Source: Anaerolineales bacterium
GTDB taxonomy: Bacteria; Chloroflexota; Anaerolineae; Anaerolineales; UBA11579
Assembly: GCA_026129335.1 (NCBI GenBank)
Contig: JAHCIH010000001.1
Span: forward strand, 92,678 to 156,677
Length of the DNA stretch: 64,000 nt
Reading direction: 5' to 3'
Shown here piece after piece: positions 43,502 to 52,740 of the stretch (position 1 is its first letter; each line of letters starts with the position of its first letter). Both the position numbers and the translations under genes were made by a program. The notes under the pieces are model-generated. The model was not told where the DNA came from and searched no databases. It was given only the letters and a program-made list of their open reading frames with translations.

Positions 43502-45175
43502 ATGGCTAACTCAGCCCGAAAACAGAAAACCGTGGTCGCCGGCGCCCTGGGCGAATGCGTGCATGTCGCCGGCGTGTCCAACTTCCTGCGCCTGGCGCAG
43601 CAAGCCGGCTGGCGCACCGTGTTCCTCGGCCCCGCCGTGCCCATTGAGCGCATGCTGGAAGTGGCCCGCAACGAGCAGGCCGACCTGGTCGGCGTGTCCT
43701 ATCGCCTGACTCCGGAGACCGGCGAGCGCCTGCTGGCCGAGTTCGCCGAGGAGGCCGATGAGCTGCACAGCGCCGGGGTGCAGTTCGCCTTCGCCGGCAC
43801 ACCCCCGGTGGTGGAGCGCGCCGACAAGCTCGGCTTCTTCAGCGCCACCTTTGATGGCACCGAGACAATGGATGAGGTACTGGCCTTCTTGCATGGCGAG
43901 CAGGCCGGTCCGGCCAGCGAGGCCGATTTCCCGCAGACGACGGTGGAGCGCATCCAATGGAAAGCGCCCTACCCGCTGATTCGTCATCACTTCGGCCTGC
44001 CGACGATGGAAGAGACGATCAACGGCATCGAGCAAATTGCCGAAGCCCGCGCCCTGGACGTGATTTCCATCGGCACCGACCAGGACGCCCAGGAGAATTT
44101 CTTCCACCCCGAGCGGCAGAACCCGCGCCGCCGCGGGGCCGGCGGCGTGCCGGTGCGCAGCGCCGACGATTTCAGCGTCCTGTACCAGGCCAGCCGGCAA
44201 GGCAACTTTCCGCTGCTGCGCACCTACACTGGCACGGACGACTTCATCCAACTGGCCGAGATGTTCGTGGAGACCATCCACATGGCCTGGGCAGCCATCC
44301 CGCTGTTCTGGTTCAACAAAATGGACGGGCGCGGCCCTTGGGATTTGCAAGGCTCGCTGCGCGAGCACCAGGAGCTGATGGCCTGGTACGGCGAGCGCGA
44401 CATCCCTGTGGAGCTGAACGAAGCGCACCACTGGGGCATGCGTGACGCGCCGGATGTGATTTTCTGCGTGGCGCTGTACCTGGCCGCCTACAACGCCAAG
44501 GCCTACGGCGTGCGCGACCACATCGTGCAGATGATGTTCAACAGCCCGCCAGGCCTCTCCGACACGATGGACCTGGCCAAGATGATGGCCGGGCTGGAAC
44601 TGATTTCCGAGCTGGAAGACAAGAACTTCCGCGTCTGGCGGCAGACGCGCAGCGGCCTGCTCAGCTTTCCGGTGGACATCGACTCCGCCCGCGGCCACCT
44701 GGCCGCCAGCATCTATCTGCAGATGCAGCTCAAGCCGCACATCATCCACATCGTCGGCCATACCGAAGCAGACCACGCCGCCACCGGCGAAGAGATTATC
44801 GCCGCCAGCAAGATGGGCCGCCGGGCCATTGAGAACGCGCTGCGCGGCCTGCCCGATGCCACGCACGACCCTGCCATCGTGGCCCGCCGCGAGGAGCTGG
44901 TCGCCGACGCCCGTTTGCTGCTGGACGCCATCCGCGGCCTGGCCGCGCCGGGCGTGCAAGACCCGCTGGCCGACGCGGCCACCCTTGCCGCGGCAGTGGA
45001 AAGCGGCATCATGGACGCGCCGCAGTTGGGCAACAACCCGCACGGCCGCGGCGAGATCCGCACCACCTTCGACCCCCGTGGGGCCTGCATCAGCGTGGAC
45101 CCCGAAACTGGCAAACCGATCACTGAGAAGCAGCGCCTGAAAGCTGTGGCGCAGAAAGCAAGGAGCGCGCCATGA
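43502..45175 (+). CDS. B12-binding-domain-like protein fused to a large uncharacterised C-terminal domain
   Basis: The N-terminal roughly 130 aa resemble a cobalamin-binding Rossmann domain (VVAGALGECVHVAGVSNFL ... ADLVGVSYRL), but the DxHxxG motif is altered to E-C-V-H-V-A-G. The ATG at 43502 has an AAGGAGGAAAA RBS. Confidence 0.6.
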   Translation: MANSARKQKTVVAGALGECVHVAGVSNFLRLAQQAGWRTVFLGPAVPIERMLEVARNEQADLVGVSYRLTPETGERLLAEFAEEADELHSAGVQFAFAGTPPVVERADKLGFFSATFDGTETMDEVLAFLHGEQAGPASEADFPQTTVERIQWKAPYPLIRHHFGLPTMEETINGIEQIAEARALDVISIGTDQDAQENFFHPERQNPRRRGAGGVPVRSADDFSVLYQASRQGNFPLLRTYTGTDDFIQLAEMFVETIHMAWAAIPLFWFNKMDGRGPWDLQGSLREHQELMAWYGERDIPVELNEAHHWGMRDAPDVIFCVALYLAAYNAKAYGVRDHIVQMMFNSPPGLSDTMDLAKMMAGLELISELEDKNFRVWRQTRSGLLSFPVDIDSARGHLAASIYLQMQLKPHIIHIVGHTEADHAATGEEIIAASKMGRRAIENALRGLPDATHDPAIVARREELVADARLLLDAIRGLAAPGVQDPLADAATLAAAVESGIMDAPQLGNNPHGRGEIRTTFDPRGACISVDPETGKPITEKQRLKAVAQKARSAP

Positions 45176-46290
45176 CCAAAAAGGCAGCCAAAAAGATACG
45201 CTACACCGTAGTGGGCGCCGGCCACGGCGGCAAGGCCATGGCCGCCCATTTGGCCATCATGGGTTTCGAGGTGGTGCTGTACAACCGCAACCCCGACCAT
45301 ATTTCAGCTATCCAACGCCGCGGCGGCATCGACCTGGAACCGGAAGACAGAGGCCCGCAGGGCTTCGGCAAATTGAAACTGGCCACTTCGGATATGGGTG
45401 CGGCGCTGAAGAACGCCGATGTGATCATGGTGGTGCTGCCCTCCAGCGCCCATGTGGACATCGCCACCGCCGCGGCGCCCCACTTGAAAGACGGCCAGAT
45501 CGTGGTGCTCAACCCGGGGCGCACCTGCGGCGCGCTGGAGTTCTACCAAACCATGCGGGCGCACGGCTGCACGGCGGATGTGACCATCGCCGAAGCCGAG
45601 ACGCTGATCTACGCCAGCCGTTCCGACGGCCCGGCCCAGGCGCGCATCTTCCGCATCAAGGAGGCCGTGCCGCTGGCCGCCTTCCCCGCCACGCGCACCC
45701 AGAGCGTGTTGGACGCGCTGGAAGGCGCTTACCCGCAGTTCATCGACGGCGTGAATGTGCTCCACACCGGCCTGAATAACATGGGCGCCATCTTCCACCC
45801 GGCGCTGACTGTGCTCAACGCCGGGCGCATCGAATCCACCCACGGCGACTACGAGTTCTATATTGAAGGAGTGACGCCCTCCGTGGCTCGCGTGCTGGAG
45901 GTGCTGGACCGAGAACGGGTGACGGTGGCCTCGGCCCTGGGCATCCGCGCTCGCACGGCGATGGAGTGGCTGCAGCAGGCCTACAATTCCACCGGCGCGG
46001 ACCTGCTGGAAGCCATTCACAACCAGCAGGGATACCACGGTATCAAAGCCCCCAGCACGGTCAACCACCGCTACGTGACCGAAGACGTGCCGATGAGCCT
46101 GGTGCCGATTGCTTCTTTCGGCACGCGCTACGGCGTTTCGGTGCGCGGCATGGATGCCATGATCCGCATGGCTTCGTTCATGCACCGCACCGACTACTGG
46201 CACCGCGGCCGCACACTGGACAAGTTGAACCTGGGGCAGATGAGCGTCAGCGAGCTGACCCATTTCGTCAGCGAAGGGCCGGAGAACTGA
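45172..46290 (+). CDS. NAD(P)-dependent octopine/nopaline (opine) dehydrogenase family protein
   Basis: VVGAGHGGKAMAAHLAIMGFEV Rossmann motif and an opine-dehydrogenase-like C-terminal half (YVTEDVPMSLVP). Its ATGA overlaps the upstream gene. Confidence 0.75.
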   Translation: MTKKAAKKIRYTVVGAGHGGKAMAAHLAIMGFEVVLYNRNPDHISAIQRRGGIDLEPEDRGPQGFGKLKLATSDMGAALKNADVIMVVLPSSAHVDIATAAAPHLKDGQIVVLNPGRTCGALEFYQTMRAHGCTADVTIAEAETLIYASRSDGPAQARIFRIKEAVPLAAFPATRTQSVLDALEGAYPQFIDGVNVLHTGLNNMGAIFHPALTVLNAGRIESTHGDYEFYIEGVTPSVARVLEVLDRERVTVASALGIRARTAMEWLQQAYNSTGADLLEAIHNQQGYHGIKAPSTVNHRYVTEDVPMSLVPIASFGTRYGVSVRGMDAMIRMASFMHRTDYWHRGRTLDKLNLGQMSVSELTHFVSEGPEN

Positions 46291-46354
46291 GCCAGGCCGC
46301 CTGAGCCGAAAGCTTCCGGCTACATAAAATTGAAAATGGGCCTAAAATGGCCCC

Positions 46355-48373
46355 ATGACCCACATCCCTGAACTGCTGGTCAATATTTCGGTGGCGCTGG
46401 GGGCCGCCTTTGTGGGTGGCCTGATCGCCCGCCGCCTGGGCCTGCCCGCCATCCTCGGCTATCTGCTGGCCGGCATCGCCATCGGCCCGTTCACCCCCGG
46501 TTTCGCCGGGGATACTCAAACCATTCTTGACCTGGCCGAACTGGGCGTCATCTTCCTGATGTTCGGAGTGGGCCTGCATTTCTCCTTCGCCGACCTGTGG
46601 CGGGTGCGCAGCATCGCCGTGCCCGGGGCCATCGGCCAATTGCTGCTGGCCACCCTGATCGGCTTCGTGCTCAGCCAATATTGGGGGCTCTCGGTGAGCT
46701 CCAGCATCGTAATTGGCCTGGCCATCTCGATCGCCAGCACGGTGGTCTTGCTGCGCAACCTGATGGACCGCAACCTGCTGAACACGCACAGCGGCCAGGT
46801 GGCGGTGGGTTGGCTGGTGATGGAAGACCTGGCCACCATTCTGATCCTGATCCTCATGCCCGCCCTGGCGGTGCAAAGCGGCCGGTTTGAATGGAGCCAG
46901 CTGTTCTTCACCCTCTTCAAGGCCGGCATCTTCGTGGCGCTGATGTTTTTAGTGGGCAAGCATTTCTTCCCCTGGCTGCTCAACCTCATCGCCCACACCC
47001 GCTCGCGCGAACTGTTCATCCTGGCGGTGTTGTTCATCTCGCTGGGCACCGCGCTGGGCGCCGCCGAGTTGTTCGGCGTCTCGCTGGCGCTGGGCGCCTT
47101 TGCAGCCGGGGCGATCGTCAGCGAGTCGCCGCAGAGCTACCAGGTGGGCGCGGACGTGCTGCCGTTTCAGGAGGCCTTTGCGGTGGTCTTCTTCGTCTCC
47201 GTCGGCATGCTGGTCAACCCGTCTTTCCTGTTCGCCAACCTGGGCAAGGTCGTCGCCCTGACCTTGCTGGTGGTCTTCGGCAAAGCGATCATCACGCTCG
47301 GGCTCGGCACTTTGATCCGCGGGCCGGCCACAGCGTTCCTGGTGGTCGCCGCAGGGCTGAGCCAGATCGGCGAGTTCTCGTTCATCGTGGGCCAGGCCGG
47401 GCTGCAGCTCGGCCTGCTGAGTTCGAACAACTATTCGCTGATCCTGGCTGCGGCGCTGGTCTCGATCACGGTCAACCCGGCCCTGTTCAGCGCGATCACG
47501 CCGGTGGAAAAATGGCTGCGCGGCATCCCCTGGTTTTGGAAGCGCCTGGACCAGCAGCCAGTGGTCGAGCATCCCGTTGAATTGAAAGAAGATGCCGCCC
47601 CGGTGGTGGTCGTCGGTTACGGCCGGGTGGGCAAGCACCTGTTGCGTGTGTTGAAGCGCCTGGACATCCCGGTGTTGATCATCGAGTCCGATGCCGAAGT
47701 GGTCGGCGAGTTGAATGAGATGGGCATCCCCACCATCTACGGCGACGCGGCCAATTCCGAAGTACTCCTGCACGCCGGCCTGAAGAAGGCCAAGGCGATG
47801 GTGGTGACCCTGCCTGAAGAGGCGGCCACCGAGATCATCGTGGCCACCGCCCACCGCGCCAACCCGGCGCTGCCGATCATCGCCCGCGCGGCCACCGCCG
47901 AGAACATTGAGCAGTTGGCCAGGCTCGGCGCCAAGCACGTCATCCAGCCGGAGTTGGAGGGCGGGCTGGAGATGGTCAGCCACACGCTGCTCGAGCTGGG
48001 CCTGCCGCGCCGCGAGGTGGATACCTACGCCGCCGAAGTGCGCAACAAGCACTACGAGTTCGAAGAAGGCCGCCGCGCCCATTTGTTGATGCGCAACCTG
48101 TTGCGTGCTGCGGATGAGATGGAGATCACCTGGTACGAGGTGGGCAAGAACAACTGGATCGCCGGCCGCAGTCTGGCGGAAAGCGACCTGCGCGGCCGCA
48201 CCGGCGCTTCGGTGGTAGCGATCATCCGGGACGGCAAGCTGATCCCCAATCCCAAGTCGACCACGGTGTTCACCGCCGGTGACCGCATCGGCGCTATCGG
48301 CGAGGAGGGGCAGTTGGAAGCTTTACAGGAGATGCTGGATAAGGCGGGGGCGGGCAGCAAGGCCAGGAAGTAA
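46355..48373 (+). CDS. monovalent cation:proton antiporter-2 (Kef/YbaL type) with C-terminal TrkA-N and TrkA-C (RCK) domains
   Basis: Has about 12 TM segments, then VVVVGYGRVGKHL (an RCK Rossmann motif), and a TrkA-C-like tail. Confidence 0.88.
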   Translation: MTHIPELLVNISVALGAAFVGGLIARRLGLPAILGYLLAGIAIGPFTPGFAGDTQTILDLAELGVIFLMFGVGLHFSFADLWRVRSIAVPGAIGQLLLATLIGFVLSQYWGLSVSSSIVIGLAISIASTVVLLRNLMDRNLLNTHSGQVAVGWLVMEDLATILILILMPALAVQSGRFEWSQLFFTLFKAGIFVALMFLVGKHFFPWLLNLIAHTRSRELFILAVLFISLGTALGAAELFGVSLALGAFAAGAIVSESPQSYQVGADVLPFQEAFAVVFFVSVGMLVNPSFLFANLGKVVALTLLVVFGKAIITLGLGTLIRGPATAFLVVAAGLSQIGEFSFIVGQAGLQLGLLSSNNYSLILAAALVSITVNPALFSAITPVEKWLRGIPWFWKRLDQQPVVEHPVELKEDAAPVVVVGYGRVGKHLLRVLKRLDIPVLIIESDAEVVGELNEMGIPTIYGDAANSEVLLHAGLKKAKAMVVTLPEEAATEIIVATAHRANPALPIIARAATAENIEQLARLGAKHVIQPELEGGLEMVSHTLLELGLPRREVDTYAAEVRNKHYEFEEGRRAHLLMRNLLRAADEMEITWYEVGKNNWIAGRSLAESDLRGRTGASVVAIIRDGKLIPNPKSTTVFTAGDRIGAIGEEGQLEALQEMLDKAGAGSKARK

Positions 48374-48423
48374 GCGCGGTAGTTGGGGCCTGCTGCAATA
48401 GTTATCTAATTTATCGTTACAGG

Positions 48424-48510
48424 GATTCTTCGTCGGGCCTGCGGCCCTCCGTCGGAATGACAAACAATAACGTGTCATTCCGAACGAGCCGAGTTGCGGC
48501 GAGCAGGAAA
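48424..48510. repeat. two inverted, degenerate family-2-like repeat units (GTCATTCCGA... variant); a further fragment lies at 48551..48569
   Basis: GATTCTTCGTCGGGCCTGCGGCCCTCCGTCGGAATGACA, a 12-nt spacer, then GTCATTCCGAACGAGCCGAGTTGCGGCGAGCAGGAAA. TCGGAATGAC and GTCATTCCGA form a 10-bp inverted repeat. Confidence 0.6.
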
Positions 48511-48591
48511 CCCTTCCGCCCTTTGGTCGAATCTTATCTGCAGGTGGTGGTATTTCTTCCGAAATGACAACTGGCGGCTGAAGGCTGACGG

Positions 48592-49479
48592 CTAGCTCCT
48601 GCCCATCTCCTCACGCACCGTCTGGTACAGGTTCTCGGCGCGCAGTTCGCTGAGCGTATAGCAGGGCGCATTTAGGTGCTCGGCCAGCTGGTTGGCCAGG
48701 CCCTGGTCGAAGGCGGCGTGCTCCATGTTGATCACCACACTGCGGATCTCGTCTTTGGCGATCTTCTCGGCCAGGCGGTGGGCTTCCTTCTGCGGAGCGC
48801 CCTCGCCGAGGGGCACGTTGCCGGCGCCGTCGGTGAGCAGGATGAGCAGCGGCATCACGTCCGGGTGCAGGCGGCGCTCGCGGGTGAGCACCTCGTGAGC
48901 CAGCAGCAGGCCGGCGGAGAGCGGCGTCTTGCCGCCCACGGGGATGTCGGCCAGGGCGCGCTGGGCCAGTTGCACTGAATTGGTCGGCGGCAGGACCAGG
49001 TTGGCGCGGTCCTTCTGGAAAACGATCAGGCCCACGCGGTCGCGGCGCTGGTAGGCATCGGTGAGCAGCGAGAGGATCGCGCCTTTGGTGGCGGCCATGC
49101 GTTCGGCCACCGCCATCGACCACGAGGCATCCACCACGAAAAGCACCAGGTTGGCGGCGCGCTTGACGCGCACCTTACGCTGCAGATCCTGGCGCTGGAT
49201 GGCGAAGGCCATCTCCTTGCGCTGCTCCTCGCGGGCCTGCTGGTGCGGCGCCGCGGCGCGGAAGGTGGCATCGAAGGCGATGTCGCTCAGGTCGCTGCCC
49301 GCCGGGCGCGCCTGGATGTAGCGGCCGCGCTTGCGCTCCGTGTGGGTGCGCGAACGCCGCCCGCTGTGGCGGCGGGTGATCTTGTCCAGCGGGTTGTCCA
49401 GTTTGCGGGGGGCGAAAGGCTGGCTGGCCTGCACCTGCTGGCCGCCGTCCCACCAGCGCGCATCGTTGCCGCCGAACAC
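48592..49479 (-). CDS. BchD/ChlD-type C-terminal region (VWA/MIDAS domain) of a chelatase medium subunit, probably expressed only as a -1 frameshift fusion with the upstream ChlI-like ORF
   Basis: Has VLFVVDASWSM (MIDAS), RDRVGLIVF and GGKTPLSAGL. The conventional ORF starts at the GTG at 49479 with no SD. The same frame is open upstream to 49611 with no start codon and passes through the A10 run at 49546..49555. Confidence 0.75.
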   Translation of the reverse strand: MFGGNDARWWDGGQQVQASQPFAPRKLDNPLDKITRRHSGRRSRTHTERKRGRYIQARPAGSDLSDIAFDATFRAAAPHQQAREEQRKEMAFAIQRQDLQRKVRVKRAANLVLFVVDASWSMAVAERMAATKGAILSLLTDAYQRRDRVGLIVFQKDRANLVLPPTNSVQLAQRALADIPVGGKTPLSAGLLLAHEVLTRERRLHPDVMPLLILLTDGAGNVPLGEGAPQKEAHRLAEKIAKDEIRSVVINMEHAAFDQGLANQLAEHLNAPCYTLSELRAENLYQTVREEMGRS

Positions 49480-49541
49480 ATCTTGCGGCCCGGGTTCCGG
49501 GCTGCGCTCCGTGGGTTCGGCTTCGCTAGGTTGCGGCTGAT

Positions 49542-50651
49542 CTACTTTTTTTTTTGCGGTTCCTGGCTGTCGGCCGGCTCGTCTTCTTCGCCCTGGGCGT
49601 TCATTTCCGCTTCAGTGGCGGCATCTTTCTGCACTTCGGCGATGCGCTCCTGCAGCTCGGTGACGCTCATCTCTGTCTGGTGGAAGGGGCCGCGCTTGAT
49701 GCGGTGCGGCAGGGCCAGCTCGGCGGCGATGGCGATGTCCAGGTCGCTGATCCCCTTGCGCTGGTCGAAGGCGGCCTGGGCGCGGGCGGTCTTGAGGATC
49801 ACCAAGTCGGCGCGGTGGCCGTCCACTTGCAGCGAGCTGGTCAGCGCGGCGATGGAGATCAGGTCGCGCGAGGTGTAATCTACTTTGTCGACCAGTTCGC
49901 GCGCCGCCATGATCTTTTCGGCGAGTTCCTGCTCTTTGGGCTGCCATTCGGCATAGAAAGCCTCGGGGTTGCCCTCGAAGGCCAGGTTGCGCTGCATGAT
50001 CTGCACGCGCTGGCGGGCGTCGCGGATGCCGTGCATTTCCACCGCCAGGGCGAAACGGTCGAGCAGCTGCGGGCGCAGGTCGCCTTCCTCGGGGTTCATC
50101 GTGCCGATGAGGATGAAGCGCGCCGGGTGAACGAAGGAAATGCCCTCGCGCTCCACAGTGTTCACGCCCATCGCCGCCGAGTCGAGCAGCAGGTCGACGA
50201 CGTGGTCGTCGAGCAGGTTGACTTCGTCGATGTAGAGCAGGCCGCGGTTGGCCGCGGCCAACACGCCGGGTTCAAAGCGGCGTTCGCCTTTTTGAATGGC
50301 GCGCTCAATATCCAGCGTGCCCACCACGCGGTCTTCGGTGGCGCTGACCGGCAGGTCAATGAAGCCGATCTTGCGCTGGGTTACGTTCAGCTCTTCGCCG
50401 GCTGCTTTGCGCTCCTTGACCCAGTCGGACCAGGTTTCGGGGCTGTTGGGGTCGTCGTTGAAGGGCGAATCGGCGAAAACTTCGATCTCGGGCAGCAGCG
50501 CAGCCATGGCGCGCGCCGCGGTGGACTTGGCCGTGCCGCGCTCGCCGCGGATGAGCACGCCGCCGATGCGCTGGTCCACGGCGTTGAGCAGCAACGCTCG
50601 CTTCATGCGTTCCTGGCCGACAATGGCGGTGAAAGGGTAAATGTTTCGCAT
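49542..50651 (-). CDS. ChlI/BchI-like AAA+ chelatase small subunit
   Basis: YPFTAIVGQERMKRALLLNAV, Walker A GERGTAKST, Walker B LLYIDEVNLL, and sensor/arginine-finger regions. The start is ATG 50651 or TTG 50675. Confidence 0.88.
   Translation of the reverse strand: MRNIYPFTAIVGQERMKRALLLNAVDQRIGGVLIRGERGTAKSTAARAMAALLPEIEVFADSPFNDDPNSPETWSDWVKERKAAGEELNVTQRKIGFIDLPVSATEDRVVGTLDIERAIQKGERRFEPGVLAAANRGLLYIDEVNLLDDHVVDLLLDSAAMGVNTVEREGISFVHPARFILIGTMNPEEGDLRPQLLDRFALAVEMHGIRDARQRVQIMQRNLAFEGNPEAFYAEWQPKEQELAEKIMAARELVDKVDYTSRDLISIAALTSSLQVDGHRADLVILKTARAQAAFDQRKGISDLDIAIAAELALPHRIKRGPFHQTEMSVTELQERIAEVQKDAATEAEMNAQGEEDEPADSQEPQKKK
49545..49555 (-). other. candidate recoding site: A10 run containing the -1 slippery heptamer A_AAA_AAG immediately before the TAG stop
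   Basis: The minus strand reads CCG CAA AAA AAA AAG TAG in the zero frame. The -1 frame continues GTA GAT CAG CCG CAA CCT ... into the VWA ORF. Confidence 0.6.
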
Positions 50652-50756
50652 GGGTTTCTGTGCGCTAGGGCGCAAGAGGCAATCTTATCACAAGGGAGAT
50701 TCTCATTTTTAAGCGGTTATAATAGCCGCCATCTTCGGACTGGAGTTAATAGTTTA

Positions 50757-52193
50757 ATGGAGCAAAACGACATCCCCCAGGAGGGGGGACCGGCCAACGC
50801 GAACGAAATCGAGGCGTCCGGGCCGGCAAATGAACTAACCATGGAGCAATTATTGGAGCAGGGGGATCTGAACCTGGATTTGCCCAAGGCTGGCGATATG
50901 GTCACCGGCGTGATCGCCGGGATAACCAACGACGAAATTATGGTGAGCATCGGCGCCAAATCAGAAGGCGTCATCCCTTCGCGCGAAGTGCAGCAACTCA
51001 GCCCGGAAGAGCGTGAGAAGTTGCAGGTCGGCGAGGATATCCAGGTCTATGTGGTCAGCTCAGATCTGAGCCGCGGCGCCATGCAGCTTTCCTATACCCG
51101 CTCAATGGAAGACGACGATTGGGCCCAGGCCGAGGAACTGCTTAAATCCAAAGACACCTATGAGGGCGAGGTCATCGGCCACAACAAGGGCGGGCTGATC
51201 GTGCGCGTGGGCCGCCTGCGCGGCTTTGTGCCCGCCTCGCAGATCAGCCAGGTGCGCCGCATGCGCTACCAGGGCGATACGCCCGAGCAGCGCTGGGGCG
51301 AGATGGTCGGCGAGACCCTGGTGGGTCGCGTGATCGAAGTGGACCGTGAGCGTCGCCGGCTGATCCTTTCCGAGCGCGCCGCGGCGCAGGAAACCCGCGA
51401 GGCCTTGAAAGACCGCCTGCTCTCCGAGATCAAGGTGGGCGACACCCGCAAGGGCCGCGTCACCAGCATCGCCGACTTCGGCGCCTTCGTGAACATCAGC
51501 GGCGCCGACGGCCTGGTGCACCTCTCCGAACTGTCTTGGGAACGCGTGGACCATCCCGGCAAACTGCTCAAGGTGGGCGACGAGGTTGAAGTCAAGGTGA
51601 TCAACATCGACCAGGACCGCAAGCGCATCGGCCTTTCCATGCGCCAGCTGCAGTCCGACCCCTGGGACAAGCACGTCAACGAATACAAAGAAGGCCAGTT
51701 GGTGCAGGGCACCATCACCCGCCTGGTCAAGTTCGGCGCCTTTGCCCGCTTGGACGACTACGTGGAAGGCCTGATCCACATCTCCGAGCTCAGCGAAGAC
51801 CGCATCGAGCATCCCAAAGAAGTCGTCAAAGAAGGCGACCCGGTGACCCTGCGCATCATCCGCATCGAAGCGGACAAGCGCCGCATCGGCCTCTCGCTGC
51901 GCAAGGTGCACTCGGCGCAGTACAGCGACCAGGACTACGAAGCCGCCCTGGCCGAAGCCGGCCTGGACGCGGACGCCGGCAGCCCGGCGGCGGAAGCCGC
52001 GCCGGAGGCTGAGATGGAAACCCCTGCCGAGGAGCCCGCTGCGGAAGCGCCCGCTGAGGACAGCAGCCAGGACGCTGAGCCGCCGGCAGAAGAAGCTGCC
52101 GCCGAAGAGCCCGCTGCCGAAGCCGAGCCGGAGAACGAAGAGGCTGCCGCAGAGGAAGTGCCTGTCGAGAGCGAAGAGCCTTCCGGCGAGTAA
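50757..52193 (+). CDS. rpsA: 30S ribosomal protein S1 with a long acidic Ala/Glu/Pro-rich C-terminal tail
   Basis: Four S1 (OB) repeats, each with the G-x-V...GxxGxxxxS/E pattern (for example [27 protein letters not shown]). The track ORF 49554..52193 is chimeric with antisense chlI, so I chose the ATG at 50757. Confidence 0.88.
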   Translation: MEQNDIPQEGGPANANEIEASGPANELTMEQLLEQGDLNLDLPKAGDMVTGVIAGITNDEIMVSIGAKSEGVIPSREVQQLSPEEREKLQVGEDIQVYVVSSDLSRGAMQLSYTRSMEDDDWAQAEELLKSKDTYEGEVIGHNKGGLIVRVGRLRGFVPASQISQVRRMRYQGDTPEQRWGEMVGETLVGRVIEVDRERRRLILSERAAAQETREALKDRLLSEIKVGDTRKGRVTSIADFGAFVNISGADGLVHLSELSWERVDHPGKLLKVGDEVEVKVINIDQDRKRIGLSMRQLQSDPWDKHVNEYKEGQLVQGTITRLVKFGAFARLDDYVEGLIHISELSEDRIEHPKEVVKEGDPVTLRIIRIEADKRRIGLSLRKVHSAQYSDQDYEAALAEAGLDADAGSPAAEAAPEAEMETPAEEPAAEAPAEDSSQDAEPPAEEAAAEEPAAEAEPENEEAAAEEVPVESEEPSGE

Positions 52194-52212
52194 AGCCCCA
52201 TCGTAAGAATAT

Positions 52213-52246
52213 AAAAAGAGCGTGCCAACGGCACGCTCTTTTTTGT
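52213..52246. terminator. bidirectional rho-independent terminator
   Basis: AAAAAGAGCGTGCC-AAC-GGCACGCTCTTTTTTG between the convergent rpsA and MerR-family genes. Confidence 0.85.
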
Positions 52247-52256
52247 GCAGGTCTGG

Positions 52257-52658
52257 CTATTCTTGCGGGAAGCAGCTTTCGCCCTTGCTGCAGATGCAGG
52301 CCCCGATCTCGTGGCAGTCGCAGTCCAGCCCCGCCTCGATCAGGCGCTTCATGGTCTGTGCCTGGCGCAGGGTGGCTTCCACCTCGGCCAGCTTGGTCCT
52401 GGCGAACTTACGCCAGCGCACCGCCGCGCGGGTGCTGCCGGGGTGCGCGTGCAGCAGGGTGCGAATGTCGGCGATGCTGAAGCCCAGCTCGCGGGCGGTT
52501 TGGATGACCAGCAGGCGGTCCAGCGCCTCTGCGCTGTAACGCCGCCAGCCGCTTTGCCGCTGCGGGGCGGGCAGCAGCCCCTCGCTTTCGTAGTAGCGAA
52601 TCGCCGAGGGCGCCACCCCCGCCTTTTGGGCCAATTCACCGATTTGCAGAGCAATCAT
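52257..52658 (-). CDS. MerR family transcriptional regulator with a Cys-rich C-terminal sensor tail
   Basis: IGELAQKAGVAPSAIRYYESEGLL HTH, a coiled-coil region, then GLDCDCHEIGACICSKGESC. The ATG at 52658 has a GGAG RBS. Confidence 0.88.
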   Translation of the reverse strand: MIALQIGELAQKAGVAPSAIRYYESEGLLPAPQRQSGWRRYSAEALDRLLVIQTARELGFSIADIRTLLHAHPGSTRAAVRWRKFARTKLAEVEATLRQAQTMKRLIEAGLDCDCHEIGACICSKGESCFPQE

Positions 52659-52676
52659 CGTCTTCTCCAAAAACGC

Positions 52677-52707
52677 TTGACTTAAAGTGCACTTGAAATT
52701 CTACACT
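52677..52707 (+). promoter_or_regulatory. MerR-type promoter with a 19-nt spacer containing a palindromic operator
   Basis: TTGACT (52677..52682), a 19-nt spacer, then TACACT (52702..52707). The spacer carries the perfect 10-bp palindrome AAGTGCACTT inside a longer dyad, TTAAAGTGCACTTGAA. Confidence 0.7.
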
Positions 52708-52740
52708 GAACTTCAAATCTGTCCAACAAAGGAGTTCGCT

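Noticed and set aside
48592-50675. Interpreting the ChlI/ChlD-like genes as evidence for (bacterio)chlorophyll synthesis.
   Set aside because: No large subunit (BchH/ChlH/CobN) or other pigment genes lie in the window. Such I/D pairs also serve cobalt chelatase or unknown AAA+/VWA functions.
50718-50723. TATAAT hexamer upstream of rpsA, as a promoter.
   Set aside because: No acceptable -35 element (GGAGAT/GGGAGA at 17-18 nt) and only a partial extended -10. This is too weak to call.
49554-52193. 879-aa ORF on the + strand that would be the longest protein in the region.
   Set aside because: It is chimeric. The first 400 codons are antisense to the ChlI-like gene and are low complexity. The genuine gene is ribosomal protein S1, starting at the ATG at 50757.
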